NCBI GenBank assembly: GCA_964016885.1 | Contig: OZ024747.1 | Coordinates: 50,220,001 to 50,284,000, forward strand | DNA: 64,000 nucleotides | Reading direction: 5' to 3' | Source: Eledone cirrhosa | Lineage: Eukaryota | Part shown: piece by piece, positions 57,619 to 64,000 of the stretch | Position numbering within the stretch: the first letter of the stretch is position 1 | Layout: each line of letters begins with the position of its first letter | Position numbers and translations under genes: made by a program | Notes under the pieces: model-generated | Seen by the model: only the letters and a program-made list of their open reading frames with translations | Told to the model about the DNA's origin: nothing | The model's database searches: none

Positions 57619-58128
57619 AATTTAAGGTGTAATAGATTAGTGGTGTAATAGATTAATGATTTAACAGATTATCAGTGTAATTATGATTATCATTAAACCA
57701 AATTCATAGACTAAGTTCGTCATCTCACGTTCGGTTTTGTTTACAGAAATATACAAAGTTAGAAACAGCTGCTTAGAAATGATTACAGCAACGAGACACG
57801 TTTTCGTTGAAACGCTACAAAAAGCTTAAGGACTCTGTTGCCAGACACGAACATCATGCTTTTATGAAACGTTTCGTTCTTAAATGTACCGGTGCAGATC
57901 GGATATGTACACTGCCTTGTTTTAATCCACTTCTTTGTATAAGTAACGAGTTATCTTCTCCAACAATCTCCGCTTACAGCGTCGATAAGGTTTGTTTGGT
58001 TTGCAATTTTAGTAACTAATGGTCTTTCTTTGGTCAGCTGGTGCTGATTGGTACGTTCCCTTTATCACGTGATACTATAAAGAATAACCTCCTCTCTCAC
58101 TCCTTTTCTTTCCTACTCTCTCTCTCTC

Positions 58129-58209
<81 letters not shown>

Positions 58210-58676
58210 ATATATATATGTATATATATATATATATGTGTGTGTCTGTGTATACGTTTACATTTACACGAAACACAAAGGCAGGCATTCACACACACAA
58301 CACACACACAACACACAACACCCACACACACACAACACACACTCACACACACACACACACACACACTCACACACACAACACACACATACATACAACACAA
58401 CCCACAGTATATAGTATGTTTTATTTTCCAATGGTGAGAACATTCTGGAAGTATTTCAGTTTGAACCGACCTGTTCCACCCACCCGGAAAGTTATTAATT
58501 ATTTTTAGTATTATACACACACACATACACACACACACACACACCCACACATACGCACGCTCGCACACATACACACGCATACACACACTCACAAACACTC
58601 ACTCACACACACACACATACACACATACACACATACACACATACATACTCACAGTCACACACACTAAATCTCTCTG

Positions 58677-58772
<96 letters not shown>

Positions 58773-58907
58773 ATACAGTACATACATACCAGCAAATCTC
58801 CAAAATGGCTGACTGAATACGCACGTGTGTTTTTCTCCATTTTTCTTTTCCACTCATTCCTATTCTCGCTCTGTATCTTTTCATTTCATTTTTCATTTCT
58901 CACTCTA

Positions 58908-58943
58908 TCTTCTGATGAAGCACTGATGTCCAAAATGTAAAGA
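58908..58943 (+). ncRNA. Decayed HHR of the 7570 family
   Basis: TCTT CTGATGA agcac tgat gtcc AAAAT GTA AAGA. Both changes in cGAAACg are CpG transitions. Confidence 0.65.
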
Positions 58944-59325
58944 CTGTATTCCTACTATATCAAGCGTTATATATTTCGTCATTGTACTGTGTCGTTTGCT
59001 TTATTATTACAAAGAATTGGCTCCCTAATGAAGGAATTTAAATTCTTCCAATATTGATTATTCCAATGTTTTGAAATAACTAATGTTTTTTCTTGAATTC
59101 CACAAATCGTGGTTGGGGAACTATATAAGTAAAACAGACTTATTTTAGTCGGTCTAGCTTATATCCCACCAAATCGAGATTTTGGCTTAAGTTTAATATG
59201 TATATGTATATGTGTGTGTAATTCAAGTTGTAAGATATATTATTGATTCTCTAAATCAAAGTCCCTTGAGCTTATATTGAGAAACATGATCATCATACAT
59301 ATTGAATATGTATTGATTCCTTAAC

Positions 59326-59381
<56 letters not shown>

Positions 59382-59418
59382 TTCATACATACGTGGATAT
59401 ATGTATCTAAATGTATAA

Positions 59419-59454
<36 letters not shown>

Positions 59455-59459
<5 letters not shown>

Positions 59460-59647
59460 AACCAGTAAGACCCCGACAGCTGAGCTCAAGCCGTTTCGAC
59501 GGCTAATTCTGGACCAGAATTAGCCGTCGAAACGGCTTGAGCTCAGCTGTCGGGGTCTTACTGGTTCCTATTACCCACTCTACTACCTCAAGTATTGAGT
59601 ACTTTGGTGCGTTATGGTCCACCTGGTTCCTTACCACATTTCCTTCG

Positions 59648-59650
<3 letters not shown>
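59455..59650. mobile_element. Family A fold-back element with perfect 58-bp arms
   Basis: Arms 59455-59512 / 59514-59571 around a single A; (TA)n on both sides. Confidence 0.85.
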
Positions 59651-59688
<38 letters not shown>

Positions 59689-59696
<8 letters not shown>

Positions 59697-60083
59697 TAAG
59701 AGGAATTCCAACTTTGTCTGATTTACTCGTTTTATTTACAATCCTTTAAAATATATATAATGGTATTATAATGAAATAGTATGATAGAATATTAAATTCT
59801 AAGTGTTAATTGAACAAGTACTTTCATGCTTTCGCAATCTTCAGGTTCATGATATGTGGTGACAGTCGAGTTTGCAATTTTCAACAGTTGAAAATTGCAA
59901 ACTCGACTGTCACCACATATCATGAACCTGAAGATTGCGAAAGCATGAAAGTACTTGTTCAATTAACACTTAGAATTTAATATTCTATCATACTATTTCA
60001 TTATAATACCATTATATATATTTTAAAGGATTGTAAATAAAACGAGTAAATCAGACAAAGTTGGAATTCCTCTTATTAATATA
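59689..60083. ncRNA. 395-bp palindrome (1-nt spacer) with two HHRs (59811-59849 minus; 59923-59961 plus)
   Basis: Centre ttttcaac-a-gttgaaaa; TGAAC CTGAAGA t TGC gaaa GCA t GAA AGTACT T GTTCA. Confidence 0.88.
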
Positions 60084-60121
60084 ATCTTCTATACACAATC
60101 ATACACACCCGTGTATATTTA

Positions 60122-60234
<113 letters not shown>

Positions 60235-60239
60235 TAGTT

Positions 60240-60790
60240 CCACAACAGTTAGTTCACCATACCGAGAACAAATATTTCACCTTATTCAGATCCTCAGCTC
60301 AGTCTGAATGAAGTTCTGCGGAAAAGGAAAAACAACCGTACGAATACGCATGCGTAGAAACAGTCACTCCTTCTGAGCGTGAGCGAAGTAAACCTCATGA
60401 TAGATCGATGTAAGGGAGATAACTGTGGATGTCCGAAACAAATTATTCAATCTTATAGATGGCCGATGTTAGTCAATCAGGAGCTTTGTAATTATGTAAT
60501 AGGTGTTTCCAGACATGTGGACAACGTGAAAAAAGTTCAGTTTCGTGGACGATCGTTTGTCCGGGTATCTAAGGGTCGACCGATGGTTGAGGAAGCGTTC
60601 CTTAAAACGGTCCTCCGGCATACCTACATAGGATTTAAACTCTTGTTACTTTGGCCGGTTAGAAGTGACCACAACTTCGTAAATTACAGCGGGTGTGTTG
60701 CATTGTTGTTGAAGGAGACAATGAGCATCGGCAAGAACATCCTGGTGGGCGTTCATATTCTTGGCACAGGAGTATCCTAGTTTCACCTTG
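60240..60790 (-). mobile_element. PLE 3' fragment: GIY-YIG N-half, tail and HHR (60261-60303)
   Basis: Minus strand: VIYEVVVT...SYVGMPEDRFKERFLNHRST; ACTGAG CTGAGGA tct gaataa ggt GAAAT ATTTGTT CTCGGT. Confidence 0.85.
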
Positions 60791-60900
60791 TGCCTGTTAA
60801 AGATGGAGCGGTATTTGTGTCATATGGGAAAGTGTCTATCTAAGAGAGCTAAAAATATTTTTCCTACATTAGTTTTAATGTGGAGTGAGAAGGGGGGGGG

Positions 60901-61430
60901 GAACGCTTCCTGAACCATCAGTCGACCTTTAGGTACCCGGTCAAAAGATCGTCCACGAAACTCGCGAACCACATATGGACTCAGGCGAAGACTACTCCAT
61001 CCAATGGAATGCTATTACTAAGTCCAAGCCATACGCAAGCGGAAATCTGTCTTGTGGACTGTGCACTGAAGAAAGGATCAATATCCTGAGAAGTTTACGT
61101 GATGAGGATTGCCTAAATTCAAAGATGAACTTTTTTCACGTTGTCCACACGTCTGGAAACACCTATTATATAATTACAAAGCACCAGATTGACTAACATC
61201 AACAATCTATAATATTCTGAATAACTTGAATTATTTATTCCGGACATCCACAGTAATGTCCTTCACATCGATCTATCGTGGGTTTAACTCGCCTAGGAGA
61301 AGTGACTGTTTTTACGCATGCGTATTCGTACGGTTGTTTTTCCTTTTCCGTATAACTTCATTCAGACCGAGCTGATGATCCGAATAAGGTGAAACATTTG
61401 TTCTCGGTATGGTGAACTAAATGTTGGGGA
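60901..61430 (+). mobile_element. PLE 3' fragment: GIY-YIG C-half, tail and HHR
   Basis: [46 protein letters not shown]; the tail mirrors 60240-60530. Confidence 0.85.
61366..61408 (+). ncRNA. Intact minimal type I hammerhead
   Basis: ACCGAG CTGATGA tCC gaataa GGt GAA ACA tt TGT T CTCGGT. Confidence 0.88.
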
Positions 61431-61624
61431 ACTACTTCTACCAAACTTGTCCCAAGGACTGAGTGCTCTACTACTACGGATATAACCCTCCAGTGTTCTA
61501 CTACTACTATATATATTTATATATATATATATATACTTCTGCAATATATCAATATATACGAAGCTAAAGATAGATTGATAGATAGTCAATTACTACTGTT
61601 ATTAGTTTTCTTTTTAATTATAAT

Positions 61625-62315
61625 TGGGCGACATGGGCGCCCGGGCAGGGACCCTTCGAAAAAAATCTGTCCGAGATGCGTGCGAGACGAAGAAACCGTC
61701 GCGCACGCATTCATACACTGCCTGGGCATTAACGACCTGTGGGGCTATGTAGAACGACTATTGTCGCGGGTGGGACCAATCCGGTTGACCACCGAGTCCA
61801 TTGTCATGATCAAACCGCCACCCTCCTTCAACAACAAAGGAGAGGCGGTTTTCCTCTGTGTGATAGCTATGGCGAAAGAGGTTGTATGGTGGACGAGGTT
61901 AAAAGGGCTGAGGTTAGACACCTTTCTCTCCGGCCAACAACTGATTCTTTGTTTCAAATACCACTTTAGAAGAAGAATCAGGATGGAGAGAGAGGTGCAA
62001 GTTTTATGAAAGGTGGGTGAAAGTGGCGAGAATGGCCCGAGTGAATGGGCCTTCTCTCTATATCAGCCTGTAGGTTGAGGAAAAAGAGGAAGAGAGGAAA
62101 GGGGTACTCACTCTTCGTACTCCTGGAGATGAGGGTTGCACATTTTTTCGGGGGTATGTGTTACCCATATGTAATGTCTTCCCCTATTGAGGAAAATCGA
62201 TTAATTTTTAAATTGCATTTGTGATAGTATTTTACACGTTTTTATTGTATGTAAACTCCCCCCCCCCCTTTGTATTTGTCCCCTTCTTTTGTGCCCCTGT
62301 GGCTAATAAAGAAAC
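61625..62315 (+). mobile_element. Tx1-like LINE 3' fragment
   Basis: CPRCVRDEETVAHAFIHC (CCHC), WWTRLKGL; ends gtggctaataaagaaac-atatcta. Confidence 0.88.
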
Positions 62316-63016
62316 ATATCTATATTACACACACACACATATATATATATTAAAATACTATTACTAGGTGGGTTTCTTTGTGGACTTTTTGTGTATGAAA
62401 TACTGTTCGTGAGCATGTTGTTTGTATATGTGTCTGTGTGTGTACGAGCGTTTGTGGGCGTGCATGATGTGTGTGTATGTGTATATATATGTGTATGTGT
62501 ATATATATGTGTGTATGTGTGTATGTGTGTGTTTGTTTTTAATTAAAACTGATAACTAAACATTATAAAACAATGATGAATGAGGAATCATGCTTCATTG
62601 ACAATGTCTGTTATAAACCTACTACCTCACCTCCCCTGTGTCGCCACAACTACCATTTCCTTGCAGTCACCGCCACCCTCGTGCCTGCCTTCCACCCACG
62701 CCACCTGCTGCCACTCGCTACCTGTCTGCCATCAACCCTGCAACCACCACTTTTCCCTCTGCCACTGACGCCACTGCTACGGCATACACTCTACCACCAC
62801 CACCACCACCACCAGCGCCCCCGGCAGCCCAGCACCCCCAGCACCACCACCAGCACCATCACCCCACAGTCACCACCATCAGCACCATCACCCCACAGTC
62901 ACCACCACCACCACCACCATCACCCCACAGTCACCACCACCACCACCACCGTCTCTTCACAGCAGCAAGTTTTTAAAAGTTTTTATTAGGAAAGGAAGAA
63001 GATATGTAATAACAAT

Positions 63017-63088
63017 GATTTCATTTATTGGCCACAAGGTCTGACAAGTAGGGGACAATAGAAAGACAGGGACAGTGGGGGTTTACAA
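63017..63088 (-). mobile_element. Short Tx1-like 3' tip
   Basis: Minus strand ends cttgtggccaataaatgaaatc-attgttatta. Confidence 0.6.
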
Positions 63089-63710
63089 TAAGATTGAGTA
63101 GTAGTAGTAGTAGTAGTAGTAATAAGAAGAAGAAGAGGAAGAAGAAGAAAGAAGAAGAAAAAAGAAGAAAGAGAAGGAAAAAAAGAAAATGAAGAACATT
63201 TAGAAAGAAAAAGGAAAAAAAAGAAGGGAAAAAACAAAGAGGGAGAGAAGGAAGAAGGAGGGGGAGGAGGAGTAGGAGGAGGAGAAGAAGAAGAAGAAGA
63301 TGAAAGAAGAAGAAGATAACGATGATGATGATGATGAAGAAGAAGACGGCGAAGAAGACAAGCTAAGTTAAAACATGTGGTAATAATGTAAATGTGAAAG
63401 TTAGTTGGTCAAGCGTAGCTTATAGCTCAGCACTAAGACATGCGAACGCTTCCAGCTATGCCGTGGCGGTGTGATGTTGCTTTGGCAGTACATAGGATGT
63501 GTTCATAGTTGTTGTAGTTATATTGTTGTTGTTGTTGTTAGTGGGGTTAAGGGGAAGTCCTGGTTTCCCTTACACGCACACATACACATACAAATACGCA
63601 CACACACAAGTGTAATTCTTATTCGTAATTCGAGTGAATCATAGATAATACATTATGAGTATGTGTACACACACACACACATACACGTATACATATATAT
63701 ATATATATAT

Positions 63711-63776
<66 letters not shown>

Positions 63777-64000
63777 AAAATGGCTGTGTAGTTGCTATTT
63801 AAGGTAACTTAAAATGCAGTGGGAATACGAAGAAAGCAGGAACGGGGGCGGGTTCATAATCAGTTGTGTACTGGGGTCTCGGATTTTTCTACGCTTTAAA
63901 GACAATATATCTCACCCCAGGGCGTCAATAACTGGATAAGTTATTGGGAAAACGGAGGAGGGAGGGAAGGAAATAAAAAGGGAAGAAAAGAGAAAACAGT

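Noticed and set aside
57730-57900. Faint mariner transposase C-terminus resemblance
   Set aside because: Too degenerate, with no DDD motif or TIR visible
62573-62989. Pro/His/Thr-rich ORFs
   Set aside because: (CAC)n low complexity open in several frames, with no domain or splice support

Overview
This is repeat-saturated eukaryotic DNA with no confidently identifiable host gene. The (TA)n/(CA)n density and the SINE types suggest a cephalopod such as an octopus, which is an inference. Nearly all long ORFs in the supplied track are translations of micro- and minisatellites. The real coding remnants belong to decayed non-LTR retroelements: Penelope-like elements (PLE, GIY-YIG), Tx1/L1-clade, R4/Dong-type (RLE), RTE and CR1-group LINEs. 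There are also two tRNA-type SINE families and a 200-N gap. The most striking hidden signal is RNA structure. By eye I count about 22 type I hammerhead ribozyme (HHR) motifs from about 15 unrelated sequence families, plus several half-motifs. Most lie in short PLE-like termini next to (TA)n tracts, and many form head-to-head palindromes. Two motifs carry a compensatory U3-A8 core, one family folds back at the same point at three loci, and two non-coding direct-repeat units look like retrozymes. Tx1-like LINE ends show microsatellite-specific junctions, (TTA)n versus (TATC)n. Coordinates were read manually, and repeat boundaries are approximate.
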